A stretch of 64,000 bases of DNA from an uncultured bacterium (GCA_963717435.1 OY970332.1:896001-960000); one strand, 5' to 3'; shown: positions 50,257 through 60,263, numbered from the stretch's first letter. Translations and numbers: made by a program. The notes: generated by a model from the letters alone, not told the origin.

Positions 50257-51318
50257 TTATTTACTATCTAAACCCACAACAATAACAGAAATATTATCAC
50301 CGCTTTGGTTGGCAAAAGCGGCGTCGCGCAGGGCAGCTGCTGCGTCCAGGGCATTTTGTGAGTTGCCCGCGTTGTCAGATTTTTCAGAACCGAAATCTGG
50401 TTTGTGTGTTATATTAATTACGTTATCTTTTTTATCAAACTTTTCTGAAACAATTTTGGCCGCTTTTTCGTTATCTATAACATCCCAAACGCCGTCGCAT
50501 GCGATAATTAAATATTTGTGATCGTGAGTAAGTTTAATCGTGTGAATTTCAGGTATTCCTGATACCGCTCCGCCGTCAATTATTTTCCCCGCGCTGTTTG
50601 GTTGCTTAAATAAAAAATCTCCAAACGCACGTGAAACTGCAAGCAATGTGCTTACTCCCGGGATATAAATTCTTGGAACATCTTCTTCTTCACAAACAAC
50701 TTTGCCCCCATTTTTTTCAATACGTTCAGTTTCTTCAAGATTTATGGGCTTATGATCCCGCGATTCCCAATCAATATTATTATTTTTATCAACTAAGATT
50801 GCGCGTGAGTCGCCAAGCCAAGCGACAGTCAAGATTTTGTGGCCAGTTTTGTCTATTTCTATGTGGCCTACAACAGCTGTTGAACCCATGCTATCTGCAT
50901 AAGATTTTGTTTTTAGATCATCTTCTATGCGTGCAAAAGTTTTTAAGAATATTTGATCAGTTCTAGTTAATTTTTTTGTTTCCTGAGATTTTTCTGATTT
51001 TTCTATCTGATGATGATCTGCCTCATGATGTACAACAAATTTGTTGAATTCAAAATGCTCTATAAATTTTTCTTGGGCATATTCGGCAACCTTTTTGCCC
51101 CCGTGTCCATCAAAAATGCCAAACAAAAATTCGTTATTTGTTTTTTCCATAGGATGCGCGACAATATGCGTATCTTCCATAGTTATACGTCTTCCCTGAC
51201 GTGCGCTTAGACCCCAAGCAAATCTGTGTGCAGTTGTTTTATATTCACCAGATAATCCAGGCGCTATAAATACTAAACTTAGAAAAATAGTAAAAAGCCT
51301 AACTGATTGGTTTTTCAT
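50257..51318 (-). CDS. Eukaryote-like PP2C (PPM) Ser/Thr phosphatase with a signal peptide
   Basis: QGRRITMEDTH, FGIFDGHGG, GSTA, LGDSR, DHKP..E..RI...GG, LAVSRAFGD, ACDGVWD, DNISVIVV. Confidence 0.93.
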   Translation of the reverse strand: MKNQSVRLFTIFLSLVFIAPGLSGEYKTTAHRFAWGLSARQGRRITMEDTHIVAHPMEKTNNEFLFGIFDGHGGKKVAEYAQEKFIEHFEFNKFVVHHEADHHQIEKSEKSQETKKLTRTDQIFLKTFARIEDDLKTKSYADSMGSTAVVGHIEIDKTGHKILTVAWLGDSRAILVDKNNNIDWESRDHKPINLEETERIEKNGGKVVCEEEDVPRIYIPGVSTLLAVSRAFGDFLFKQPNSAGKIIDGGAVSGIPEIHTIKLTHDHKYLIIACDGVWDVIDNEKAAKIVSEKFDKKDNVINITHKPDFGSEKSDNAGNSQNALDAAAALRDAAFANQSGDNISVIVVGLDSK

Positions 51319-51518
51319 GAAAAAATCTTAAAGATTAAATTTTAATTTACCGGGATCGATAATATAAAAAAGCTGCGTGTTTATCAAGACTTGTATTTAA
51401 GCGTTTTTTATTTGTGGGCAGTAACTAATTAGTCGGGTTGTTTACAAGCCGAACTTGAATTGGGTAGGGTGTTTATGTTGAGTTGTGTATTATTAAAAAT
51501 AGGGGAGAGCGTGTGTGT

Positions 51519-52223
51519 ATGGATTTTTTAAAAAATCTTATAACTAAGCTGATTTTTGCGTTGAATTTAGTCTCTGTTTCACAAATTGCAGGGGCAGTTT
51601 ATGAATCGGGCAGGAATGGCGGGAACGGGCGTGAGATTACTGAAAAAAATGCCTCGGCGCAGGCTTTGCAGGCCATAAAGAACGAAAATATGTCTCTTCT
51701 TGCAGATTTAGTAAAATATTATAAAAAACAGGGTATCGATATTAACGAGCCAGTTGATGTGTTGGGTAGAAAATATGATCTTTTGGGAGCAGCGATTTCC
51801 TGGGGAAAAGTGAAAGCTGCTAAATTCTTGTTAAGTAATGGGGCGAAATTGAAAGACGAATTTGAAATTAAATCTGTCAAAACAGCGCCGCTTATTTATA
51901 CCAAATCTATGGCTGAACTTTTGATACCTCGAGGGGTTATCGTACCGAAAATTAAAGATGTAATAGATAAGATGCGTGCGGATTCTCTTACAAAAATGCT
52001 TGATGTTAAAGAAACCGGATTAGCTTTGATAAAGTTTTTGGTAGGTCACGGTGCAGAGTTTGATCGTACCGTGATAAATAGTATTAATGCCGCTATTCAA
52101 GATTTGATTGCCGATGAAAATCATGTTTTTGTTAACAACAGTAAACATTTTCAAGAAGATTATAGCGCAGAATTCAAGGCGATAAAAAAATATCTTGATG
52201 AAAAACTAAAAAATCGCAACTAA
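51519..52223 (+). CDS. Secreted degenerate ankyrin-repeat protein
   Basis: LLGAAISWGKVKAAKFLLSNGA; LIKFLVGHGA; signal-like leader. Confidence 0.65.
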   Translation: MDFLKNLITKLIFALNLVSVSQIAGAVYESGRNGGNGREITEKNASAQALQAIKNENMSLLADLVKYYKKQGIDINEPVDVLGRKYDLLGAAISWGKVKAAKFLLSNGAKLKDEFEIKSVKTAPLIYTKSMAELLIPRGVIVPKIKDVIDKMRADSLTKMLDVKETGLALIKFLVGHGAEFDRTVINSINAAIQDLIADENHVFVNNSKHFQEDYSAEFKAIKKYLDEKLKNRN

Positions 52224-52324
52224 TGATATTGGGCTTAAATTGGATTTATTATATCTAGTTTGTGAATAATTTTTTTTGCATGACTATTTTTCTTTAAATT
52301 TTAATATTTTTTGCTTATTAATTA

Positions 52325-53257
52325 TTACGCTATAATACACAGTTCGCGAAGTTTCTTTATTACGTCTTGCTCAAGTTCCTCCCAGATTGCGCCCTTTTTA
52401 ATTAAATATTGTACAACATTAGATTTGATATCGATGTTGCCAAATTGGTCATGTGTTGCATAATATAATGGCTTTAAACCATATGCGTTTAATGCATTTA
52501 TATCAGCTTGATATTGTTTTAATAATTTGCACATATAAAAGTCATTGTTATATGCTGCAATATGCATTAAATATTGAGTGTTGCCGTATTTGTGATTTAC
52601 CATATCTAAATTTGGATTAGCTTGCCTGTTGCATTTTAAAATTTTAAAAGCCTGTCTTTTATTTTTAAATACTACCGCCCAATAAAGTTTGTCGCTTTCT
52701 GAAATTTTTTCACTAAGGTATAAAGCTATTTCAAGTTGCACAATAACTTTCTGGCTTAGAATTTTCCAGTCCGCTCCATTTGCTATCAAAAACAAAGCAA
52801 CTTCGAACTTTATTTTCATATTGTCGAATTTATCATGCGTTGCATAATATAGTGGCGTATGCCCCAAACGGTTTTTTACATTCAAATCTGCGCCATATTG
52901 TTTTAACAATGCGCACATGTTTAAATCACCGTTGTTTGCTGCTATATGAATCAAAGACAGGCCATTGCAATACACGCGATTTACCAAATTAAGCCCGGGT
53001 TTTTCCTGTATAGACGATTCTATTGTTGAACGAGCAGCTTCGACGTTTTTTAGCACAACATGGACATAAATTTTCTCATGATCATACAGATATTGATATG
53101 TGTCGGGGTCTTTCACGACCCTTCTTGCATCATTTTTGGTTGTAATTCCCAGAGTATCTTTTCTAAAGTTAGGGATAAAATTTTGCCCACCTGCTTGTAA
53201 GCTAAGTGCAGTAATTGTGATTGCTATAACTAATTTTGCTAATAATTTTTTCTGCAT
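52325..53257 (-). CDS. Secreted ankyrin-repeat protein (internally duplicated), C-terminal CaaX (CIIA)
   Basis: Two homologous halves: HIAA.N.D..MC.LLKQY.AD.N..N..G..PLYYATHD.F; ends ELCIIA*. Confidence 0.88.
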   Translation of the reverse strand: MQKKLLAKLVIAITITALSLQAGGQNFIPNFRKDTLGITTKNDARRVVKDPDTYQYLYDHEKIYVHVVLKNVEAARSTIESSIQEKPGLNLVNRVYCNGLSLIHIAANNGDLNMCALLKQYGADLNVKNRLGHTPLYYATHDKFDNMKIKFEVALFLIANGADWKILSQKVIVQLEIALYLSEKISESDKLYWAVVFKNKRQAFKILKCNRQANPNLDMVNHKYGNTQYLMHIAAYNNDFYMCKLLKQYQADINALNAYGLKPLYYATHDQFGNIDIKSNVVQYLIKKGAIWEELEQDVIKKLRELCIIA

Positions 53258-53355
53258 GATGATTTTCTCTAAATTTTAAAATTTTTGTTTTTGGTATCTA
53301 AAAAAATATAACTTATTATAACCAGAGTTTGGCCAGTTTGGCTACAAAAAAGCTG

Positions 53356-54183
53356 TTATATTATCAAGCAGTCGTCAGCATCCGGCTCTTCAGGATTGGG
53401 CTGATTTTGCGAGTTTTGGGGATTTTTATTCTTGTCTTGTATTAATAATAATTTTTTTAGATTTTCTAGTTTTTTTATCTCGGGTTCTGTTGATTGGTTC
53501 GATATTGCGCCCTTTTGGATTAGTATTGTTAGAATTTTTAGTTGTTCCTGTGGGATATTAGCTTGTTGATTATTGCTAAAATTAATTGCGCTTAAAAATA
53601 GATCAAGTGGTGTTTGCCTAGAGCTGTTTTGCTGATTTATTTTAACTTCTGGGTTATAAATAAATATTCTTGCAAGATCATACAAAGAGAAACTCAATGC
53701 TATATGCAAAGGGGTATTTTTGTCATGCTCGGTGCTATTTATCTTTGCATTATAGGCAATTAACATATTGATAATATTGTTGTCTCCCGAATAGTTTTCC
53801 ATGGCAGAAAATATTGCAGTCTCGTTGTTATTGTCAGTAATATTTGGATCAGCACCATGTCGCAACAAAATTTCAACAGCTGCAAAATTGTTTCTTAGGC
53901 ATGCAAGATGCAAAGCTGTTTTTCCATCGCGATTTTTTATATTTATATATTTCGGCTGCGAAGCTAATGTTTCAAGCATATGCGCGTTACCATGCATAAC
54001 AGCAAGATGTATCGCCTGATTCCCGTTATAAGATTTTACTAGAGAGATTGAGTCAAGATCGCCATCTGACAAATCTTGAGAGTCCATAGATAAAATTTTA
54101 GTTTGAAAATTTGAGATAAAAATAAAAGTTAAAAGAAATCTTAATTTGTTTTTAAAACAAATTCTACAAATTGTGTCCCCCAT
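53356..54183 (-). CDS. Ankyrin-repeat protein, C-terminal CaaX (CLII)
   Basis: GNQAIHLAV, GKTALHLAC...LLRHGADPN, TPLHIA; disordered tail ending DDCLII*. Confidence 0.88.
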   Translation of the reverse strand: MGDTICRICFKNKLRFLLTFIFISNFQTKILSMDSQDLSDGDLDSISLVKSYNGNQAIHLAVMHGNAHMLETLASQPKYINIKNRDGKTALHLACLRNNFAAVEILLRHGADPNITDNNNETAIFSAMENYSGDNNIINMLIAYNAKINSTEHDKNTPLHIALSFSLYDLARIFIYNPEVKINQQNSSRQTPLDLFLSAINFSNNQQANIPQEQLKILTILIQKGAISNQSTEPEIKKLENLKKLLLIQDKNKNPQNSQNQPNPEEPDADDCLII

Positions 54184-54210
54184 AAAACTACTGCCCCCTT
54201 TTTAAATTAA

Positions 54211-55041
54211 CTAATATTCATAAATCCCTATATTGCCCCTATCAGCATCAAGTGTTATTGGCGCTCCGCCATCCCCCAAAGTTCCGCAGGCTTCTTTTGT
54301 AAACTGCTTCCAACTATTTTTGTTTAATTTTGTTGTTATGGGCCTGGTTGTAACAAATAACTCAGAAGTTACTTTGCCGTAGTTAGTTTTTGCGTTTAAG
54401 TCTGCGTTTGTTTCTTTTGGTAGGTATAGATTTATATCGCCACTTAGTGTTTCAAGAAAGATAGAACAGTTGTCTTGCAGTTGCTTTTGTCGGACAGTTA
54501 TCGAGCCCCTATCCGCTTTTGCATTTACTGAATTGGTTGAATTTTTAATGTCGATATCCCCCTCATGTATTGTTGCCTGTATGCTGCCGTCAATATCTTC
54601 TACTTTTATTACACCTTTGTCTGTGCAGATAGATTTTAAATTGGCAGATTTTGGAAGCAGGATATTTAAATTGGTGTATGCAACGTCTTCTGACTTATAG
54701 CTTACAATAACTCTTAGCGTTTTTTCTTTTTCAAGCTCTTTAAATATCGCTTTTGTTGCCTTTATTTCTTCAGGGGTGCCTCTTTTTTCTAGTTCGATTA
54801 AGAGTTTATTGTTGTTCCATGTTTTAATTGTTATATTCCCTTTAGGGATAATTACTTCAAGATTTGATTCTGCATCAAAAGAAAATTCTTTGGTTAAAAT
54901 CTCTTTTTCTGCGGGAGTAAATATCTTTTTAACTTTAGAAATATATTTAGAAGTTTCTATAGAATATAGATTTGGGCAGATCAAACATGTTAAAGATGTT
55001 ATTAAAAGTGTGTTATAAGTAAAATTCTTGTTAAAAACCAT
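54211..55041 (-). CDS. DUF4097-like beta-strand-repeat (putative adhesin) protein
   Basis: Repeated T..G.I.V / GDI.I units; TLGDGGAPITLDADRGNI. Confidence 0.75.
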   Translation of the reverse strand: MVFNKNFTYNTLLITSLTCLICPNLYSIETSKYISKVKKIFTPAEKEILTKEFSFDAESNLEVIIPKGNITIKTWNNNKLLIELEKRGTPEEIKATKAIFKELEKEKTLRVIVSYKSEDVAYTNLNILLPKSANLKSICTDKGVIKVEDIDGSIQATIHEGDIDIKNSTNSVNAKADRGSITVRQKQLQDNCSIFLETLSGDINLYLPKETNADLNAKTNYGKVTSELFVTTRPITTKLNKNSWKQFTKEACGTLGDGGAPITLDADRGNIGIYEY

Positions 55042-55059
55042 AATTTACTCGCTAAAGTT

Positions 55060-56496
55060 ATGAATATAAAAAATAAAATCAAAGATTTTGTTAAATTTTT
55101 ATTACCTGCTGACGCTATTATATCTAATATAGTATTAAATATTCAAGAGGCAGGTGGCGTCTCTTATCTGGTCGGCGGTTCTGTGCGCGATATTTTAATG
55201 GCCGATTTTTCCCATAATATTAACATAAAAGATCTTGATATCGAGGTTCATGGGCTGGATCTTGAGGCTCTAAAAAAAATATTGTCTAAATATGGCCACG
55301 TGAATTTGGTGGGCAAATCTTTTGGCGTTTTGAGAGTTGCAAACTTGGATGTTGATTGGTCATTGCCAAGAACAGATTCTTCTGGAAGAAAGCCCGAAGT
55401 TAAGATTGACCCAAATATGGATATCACAACTGCGCTTAAAAGAAGAGATTTGACTATCAACTCTATGGCAATAAATTTAAATAATTACGAACTTATCGAC
55501 CCATATGGTGGGATAAACGACATAAAAAACAAAGTTTTACGCGCAACTGACAGTAAATTTTTTGGTGAAGATCCGCTTCGGTTTTTCAGAGTTATGCAGT
55601 TTGTTTCCCGTTTTGAGCTGGTTCCAGATAACGAGCTTAATCAAATATGCGCCAATATGGACGTTAAATCTGTATCAAAAGAACGCATAGAGCTTGAATT
55701 TGAAAAGATGCTTTTAAAATCAAAAAAGCCGTCACTTGGGCTGCGCTGGCTCTTAGAGATTAATAGACTTGAAGATATATTTCCTGAACTTTATAAAACT
55801 GTTGGGGTTAAGCAAGAGTTTAAATGGCACCCGGAAAAAGATGTTTTTGAGCACACTATGCAGGCGCTTGATGCTGAAGCAAAAATCTATTTGCAGTTTT
55901 CAGAGAACCCCGACAAGAAAAAAGAAAAACTAATTTTGCTATATGCGGCAATATGTCACGATTTGGGCAAACCTGATACCACAGAAATAATCGACGGGGT
56001 TATCAAAAGTCATGGGCATGAAGTTGTTGGTGTTGAAATTGCAAATAAGTTCTTAAGAAGAATTACAGATAAAAAAGAGATTATTGACCCGGTTTTAAAG
56101 TTGGTTCGAAATCATATGGCGCCTGGAACGTTTGCTGCACAAAATGCATCGCCGCGGGCGTATAAACGTCTTGCTCTTCATCTTTCTCCCGACGTTAATA
56201 TTAAGATGCTTGCAAATCTGGCATTTGCAGATAGACGCGGCAGAAACCCGGATTCACATGAGCCATTAGATTCCGATTTGCCTGAGATACAAGAATTTTT
56301 AAATCGTGCAGAGCAAGCGCAAGTTTTATTTGAAAAAGAACAGCCCATTTTGCTTGGTAGAGATTTTCTTGATATTTTTTCGGGCCCGCAACTTGGCGAA
56401 GCTGTTAGACTTGCTTATAAGTTGCAAATTGATGACTCTATAAAAGACAAAGAAGAGCTTAGGGCTCTGGTGATAGAAAAGTTGCGAGAAAAATAA
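55060..56496 (+). CDS. cca: CCA tRNA nucleotidyltransferase with HD domain
   Basis: LVGGSVRD, DLDIE, RRDLTIN, EDPLR, SKERI, HPE.DVFEH, HDLGK. Confidence 0.92.
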   Translation: MNIKNKIKDFVKFLLPADAIISNIVLNIQEAGGVSYLVGGSVRDILMADFSHNINIKDLDIEVHGLDLEALKKILSKYGHVNLVGKSFGVLRVANLDVDWSLPRTDSSGRKPEVKIDPNMDITTALKRRDLTINSMAINLNNYELIDPYGGINDIKNKVLRATDSKFFGEDPLRFFRVMQFVSRFELVPDNELNQICANMDVKSVSKERIELEFEKMLLKSKKPSLGLRWLLEINRLEDIFPELYKTVGVKQEFKWHPEKDVFEHTMQALDAEAKIYLQFSENPDKKKEKLILLYAAICHDLGKPDTTEIIDGVIKSHGHEVVGVEIANKFLRRITDKKEIIDPVLKLVRNHMAPGTFAAQNASPRAYKRLALHLSPDVNIKMLANLAFADRRGRNPDSHEPLDSDLPEIQEFLNRAEQAQVLFEKEQPILLGRDFLDIFSGPQLGEAVRLAYKLQIDDSIKDKEELRALVIEKLREK

Positions 56497-56503
56497 TTTA
56501 TTG

Positions 56504-56682
56504 CGCCATGGTTCGATACATTCTTCTACGATAAATCTTCGAAGAACACTCACCACGAGCGCCTACCCGCTCGTCCCGAGTGCCCGAATGGAATGAGGGT
56601 GTATCGAGGGATGGCGGATGTTTCTCGATCCCTCGATACATTCTACTACGCCAAGGCTTCGTAGAACACTCGGGACGAGCGG
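56504..56682. repeat. REP-like palindromic element, locus 4 (three units in -/+/- orientation)
   Basis: Units at about 56504-56561, 56566-56612 and 56628-56682, each with CGCTCGT...GAGTG and TGTATCGA arms and a different central hairpin. Confidence 0.9.
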
Positions 56683-56797
56683 CCTGCTTGCATAAACTAC
56701 AAAAATATAAAAATTCAACAGAACCTAAAATTTATATATAATATTGGCTATAAATATATTTGATAAATTTTTTAACTAAATATAAAAGGGGAATTGC

Positions 56798-57478
56798 GTG
56801 AATCCAATTTCAATGAAAAATGCGTTGGCACAGTTAGTTTTGCAATCTGATGCATTAAGTAAGTTAACTTTAATATTATTGCTTGTAATGTCTATTGTTT
56901 GTTGGACAATAACTTTTTATAAGCTATTTAATTTATATAATCAAAAAAAACAACTTGAATCTGTTGAGCAGTCTATGAGAACCGCAACGGATGTCCAAGA
57001 TCTAATCACAGCAGTGTCGCCATATAGAAACAGTTCTGCAGGTGAGTTAGTCATAAAATATTTAAATTCGATCAAACTTGCTTTAAAAAATAAGCAATCT
57101 ATAAACTCATTAACGGATAGCGATTTTGAATATTTGCAGTTTATGTCTGATCAGAATATAGACCAAATTATTCATGAAAACGAAGTTAATTTGTCGATAT
57201 TATCTGTTAGTGCAGCAGTTGCGCCGCTTATTGGTTTGTTTGGAACAGTTTGGGGACTTATTCACAGTTTTGTTTCTATAAGTGCATTAAAAAATGCCGA
57301 TATTACAACAGTTGCGCCAGGTATTGCCGAAGCACTTATTGTAACATTGGCGGGTCTTATGGTCGCAATTCCAGCGCTTGTGAGTTTTCATTCTATTGCA
57401 ACAAGAATCAGAGATCTTGAACATAGACTGCAAAATTTGTTATCTAAAGTAGAGTTTGTTATTAGAAATTCTAATTAG
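56798..57478 (+). CDS. tolQ: MotA/TolQ/ExbB proton channel protein
   Basis: APLIGLFGTVWG, VAPGIAEAL..T.AGL.VAIPA. Confidence 0.92.
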   Translation: MNPISMKNALAQLVLQSDALSKLTLILLLVMSIVCWTITFYKLFNLYNQKKQLESVEQSMRTATDVQDLITAVSPYRNSSAGELVIKYLNSIKLALKNKQSINSLTDSDFEYLQFMSDQNIDQIIHENEVNLSILSVSAAVAPLIGLFGTVWGLIHSFVSISALKNADITTVAPGIAEALIVTLAGLMVAIPALVSFHSIATRIRDLEHRLQNLLSKVEFVIRNSN

Positions 57479-57489
57479 GGGTTCAAATA

Positions 57490-57906
57490 ATGCGCAGAAG
57501 AAGAAATAGTGATCGGAAATTGGTAATGCCTGAAATTTCGTTAACGCCATTAATCGATACGGCGTTAACGCTTCTTGTTATCTTCATGGTTTCAACGCCC
57601 ATGCTACAAAATGCTATTAACGTCGAATTGCCCAAAACTGGAGCTAGGGAAAATAATCAGCCAAAGCGGGAAGATTTAATAGTTTATATAGACTCAAAAG
57701 AAAATTTTTATTTGGGTGATAAAAAACTTACTGAAAAAGAGATTGCAGAAAATTTAGGCAAACGAACAACTAAAGATGATCCTCAGACTGTTTATGTAAG
57801 AGCCGATAGAGCCGTGAAGCACGGTACCGTTTGTGAATTTGTTGATAGACTTCAGCACTATCCGGGGGTAAAGAATGTCGCATTGGCAACTCAGATTACA
57901 ACGTAA
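57490..57906 (+). CDS. tolR: TolR/ExbD protein
   Basis: EISLTPLID...LLVIFMV.TP, VELP, VRAD. Confidence 0.92.
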   Translation: MRRRRNSDRKLVMPEISLTPLIDTALTLLVIFMVSTPMLQNAINVELPKTGARENNQPKREDLIVYIDSKENFYLGDKKLTEKEIAENLGKRTTKDDPQTVYVRADRAVKHGTVCEFVDRLQHYPGVKNVALATQITT

Positions 57907-58936
57907 ATTATTATCTAGTAAATTTTGGGTTGAGCCCAATAGCTTATCAAAAGCTTTTCTTATATCTTTTGTCGTGCACGTTTTTATTTTTATTGTCCCA
58001 TTTTTATTTATAAGAAACTCTGGAATTATAATTATTGACTCTACTGGGAAATATAATATCCCAGTTTATTACAAACTTGCTGCTAATTCTGGACGCGCAG
58101 GTTCGGGTGCTAATTATAATTTTAATTCTGGAAATAGCTCAGGAAGTTTTAAAAACGCGGGACTTACTGTAAATAGTAAAAACAGTAATAAAACTAATAA
58201 ATCTGGTAAAAATAATATTGCGAGCAAGCTAGTTAGCCCGCAGGCGAATAAAAATTCGCATGCGCGTCAAAGTTTAGCCGCAAGCGCAAGAGCAGAAGAT
58301 ACTGGCGCTTTTGTTAAACTGAAAAAGTTTTCCAGAAAGCAGAATTTTTCAAAATCAACTAGCAAGAAAAATAATAAATTAGATAAAAAAACAAAAAATA
58401 AACTTGATAATAAAAATAATAAAAACTTAAAAAATAGTTCAAAAAAATTAACTCAGCCCGAGATTAAGCCAGAAACAGCACAAGAAGTTGCTCAAGAAAC
58501 TGTTGTCGAAGAGAAAGTAAGCGAAAAAATAAATGCGCCTGAGATCTTAGAAAATAATAATACACAAGAAAGTAATTCTAGTTCTGTGCCCCTGCCGGAA
58601 AATTTGGGTACACTAGATTTTTCAGGTAATAACTCGGGTGACAGCACTGCTGTTGGTACTGGATTTGGAATTGAAGGGTATTTGCATTCAGATGGTGAAC
58701 TTGTCGATGGAATAAGAAATGCTGTCGGTAAAAACTGGTCGCGACCTAAAGGGTTTACGTCAGATGTTTATTGTGAATTTAAAATTTTAGTCGCACAAGA
58801 TGGCAAGAGCGTAAAAATTTTAGAACAGAAAGATAGTAAAGTTCCTGCATTTAATATTCAAGCGCGTGGGGCAATCTTGCGCACAGAGTTTCCGGAAAAA
58901 TGTTGGAACAAAGAGTTAAATTTAATATTGAGATAA
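57875..58936 (+). CDS. tolA: TolA-like energy transducer
   Basis: TM with S...H motif (SFVVH), K/N-rich linker, C-terminal NWSRP...S.VPAFN..AR.AI; lies between tolR and tolB. Confidence 0.75.
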   Translation: MSHWQLRLQRKLLSSKFWVEPNSLSKAFLISFVVHVFIFIVPFLFIRNSGIIIIDSTGKYNIPVYYKLAANSGRAGSGANYNFNSGNSSGSFKNAGLTVNSKNSNKTNKSGKNNIASKLVSPQANKNSHARQSLAASARAEDTGAFVKLKKFSRKQNFSKSTSKKNNKLDKKTKNKLDNKNNKNLKNSSKKLTQPEIKPETAQEVAQETVVEEKVSEKINAPEILENNNTQESNSSSVPLPENLGTLDFSGNNSGDSTAVGTGFGIEGYLHSDGELVDGIRNAVGKNWSRPKGFTSDVYCEFKILVAQDGKSVKILEQKDSKVPAFNIQARGAILRTEFPEKCWNKELNLILR

Positions 58937-58955
58937 ATAAGATAGGTGTAGACGC

Positions 58956-60263
58956 ATGAATAAATTTACAAAAATATTAGTGATACTTATTTTTATTATT
59001 TTTAATAATAATTGTGAGAGCGATTCTGCGGGCAAAATATTTGCACAGATAGATCTTGAATCTTCTGGGAATTTTAAAATCCCTGTGTTAATAGCGCAAA
59101 GCTGGGTAAATGCTGAAACAAATAATATCCCTGATGATAATTTTAAAAATCTTGTAAAAAAAATCGCACAAAATATTTCACTCAGCGGGCAATACGACGT
59201 TCATGTAAAATCTATAGAGATGCCCAAGAAAAAATCTGATATCAAAAACTTTTCTGAGCAGGGCTTTTATTTGGTTATTTTTGTTGAACAAAGTTTTGAT
59301 AAAAATTTTATCGAATTTAGAGTCTATGATTCTGCTCTGGGCGATATGGTGAAGGGCAAAAAAATCGAAGTCTGCCCCGATATTGCTGATATTATATCAA
59401 ATTATGTATGGCTCGAGCTTTCGGGGGAGCAGGGTGTTTTTGGAACAAAAATAGCGTATGTAAAACGAATCTCAAATTCCAGAAATTCACACAAAAGCGC
59501 AGTGTGTCTGTCAGATATTACTGGAAAAAATGAACTTAAAATTGTAAGAAATTCGACAATTAATATTAAGCCGCAGTTTGTTAAAATTAATAATATTTTA
59601 AAATTATTTTATTCAGAGTTTACCGCTGGAAATGTCAGACTCATGTCTGTTATGCTTAATGGAACCGGAAAAAGACCGGTATTTGATTTTGATGGGACAA
59701 TAGTTGGGATCTCCTGTTCTCCCGATGGCAAATCTGCCGCATATTGCAGATCGGGCGATATTTGGCATTACACTTACGAATCAAATACAAAAAAAAGTTT
59801 TCATAAAAAAATAGTTCACGATTTTGGAAACTCTTCTTGCCCGAACTTGTTACCCAACGGCGATATTATTTTTGGATCTGATTATGGCAAAACTTGCAGT
59901 ATATATATTTGCAAAAATAATTTAGCTAATTTGGATCAAAAAATTAATCCTGAAAAATTAAATATTTCTGGTTATTGCGTGGCACCCAACTGGTGCCCAG
60001 TTAATAATAAGATTGTTTATTCAAAACGCGTAGACAATAATATGCAGTTATTTACTTATAATTTAAATAATAATAAAGAAGAACAGATCACTTATAATTC
60101 TGGTAACAAAATAGACGCCTGCTGGTCCCCATGCGGTAATTATTTACTGTTTTGTTACCAAAATAATAAGACAAGCAGAATTGCCCGTATTCACACTGTT
60201 GTTAAAGAAATAGAGTTTGTTACACCTGAATCAGATTTTTGCAGCTACCCAGCTTGGGCGTAA
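58956..60263 (+). CDS. tolB: TolB beta-propeller protein
   Basis: SGEQGVFGTKIAYV, SPDGKSAAY, WSPCG, terminal PAW. Confidence 0.85.
   Translation: MNKFTKILVILIFIIFNNNCESDSAGKIFAQIDLESSGNFKIPVLIAQSWVNAETNNIPDDNFKNLVKKIAQNISLSGQYDVHVKSIEMPKKKSDIKNFSEQGFYLVIFVEQSFDKNFIEFRVYDSALGDMVKGKKIEVCPDIADIISNYVWLELSGEQGVFGTKIAYVKRISNSRNSHKSAVCLSDITGKNELKIVRNSTINIKPQFVKINNILKLFYSEFTAGNVRLMSVMLNGTGKRPVFDFDGTIVGISCSPDGKSAAYCRSGDIWHYTYESNTKKSFHKKIVHDFGNSSCPNLLPNGDIIFGSDYGKTCSIYICKNNLANLDQKINPEKLNISGYCVAPNWCPVNNKIVYSKRVDNNMQLFTYNLNNNKEEQITYNSGNKIDACWSPCGNYLLFCYQNNKTSRIARIHTVVKEIEFVTPESDFCSYPAWA

Noticed and set aside
56504-56682. CRISPR array (repeated arms with variable inserts)
   Set aside because: Units alternate in orientation and are dispersed, the inserts are self-complementary hairpins, and no cas genes are present.
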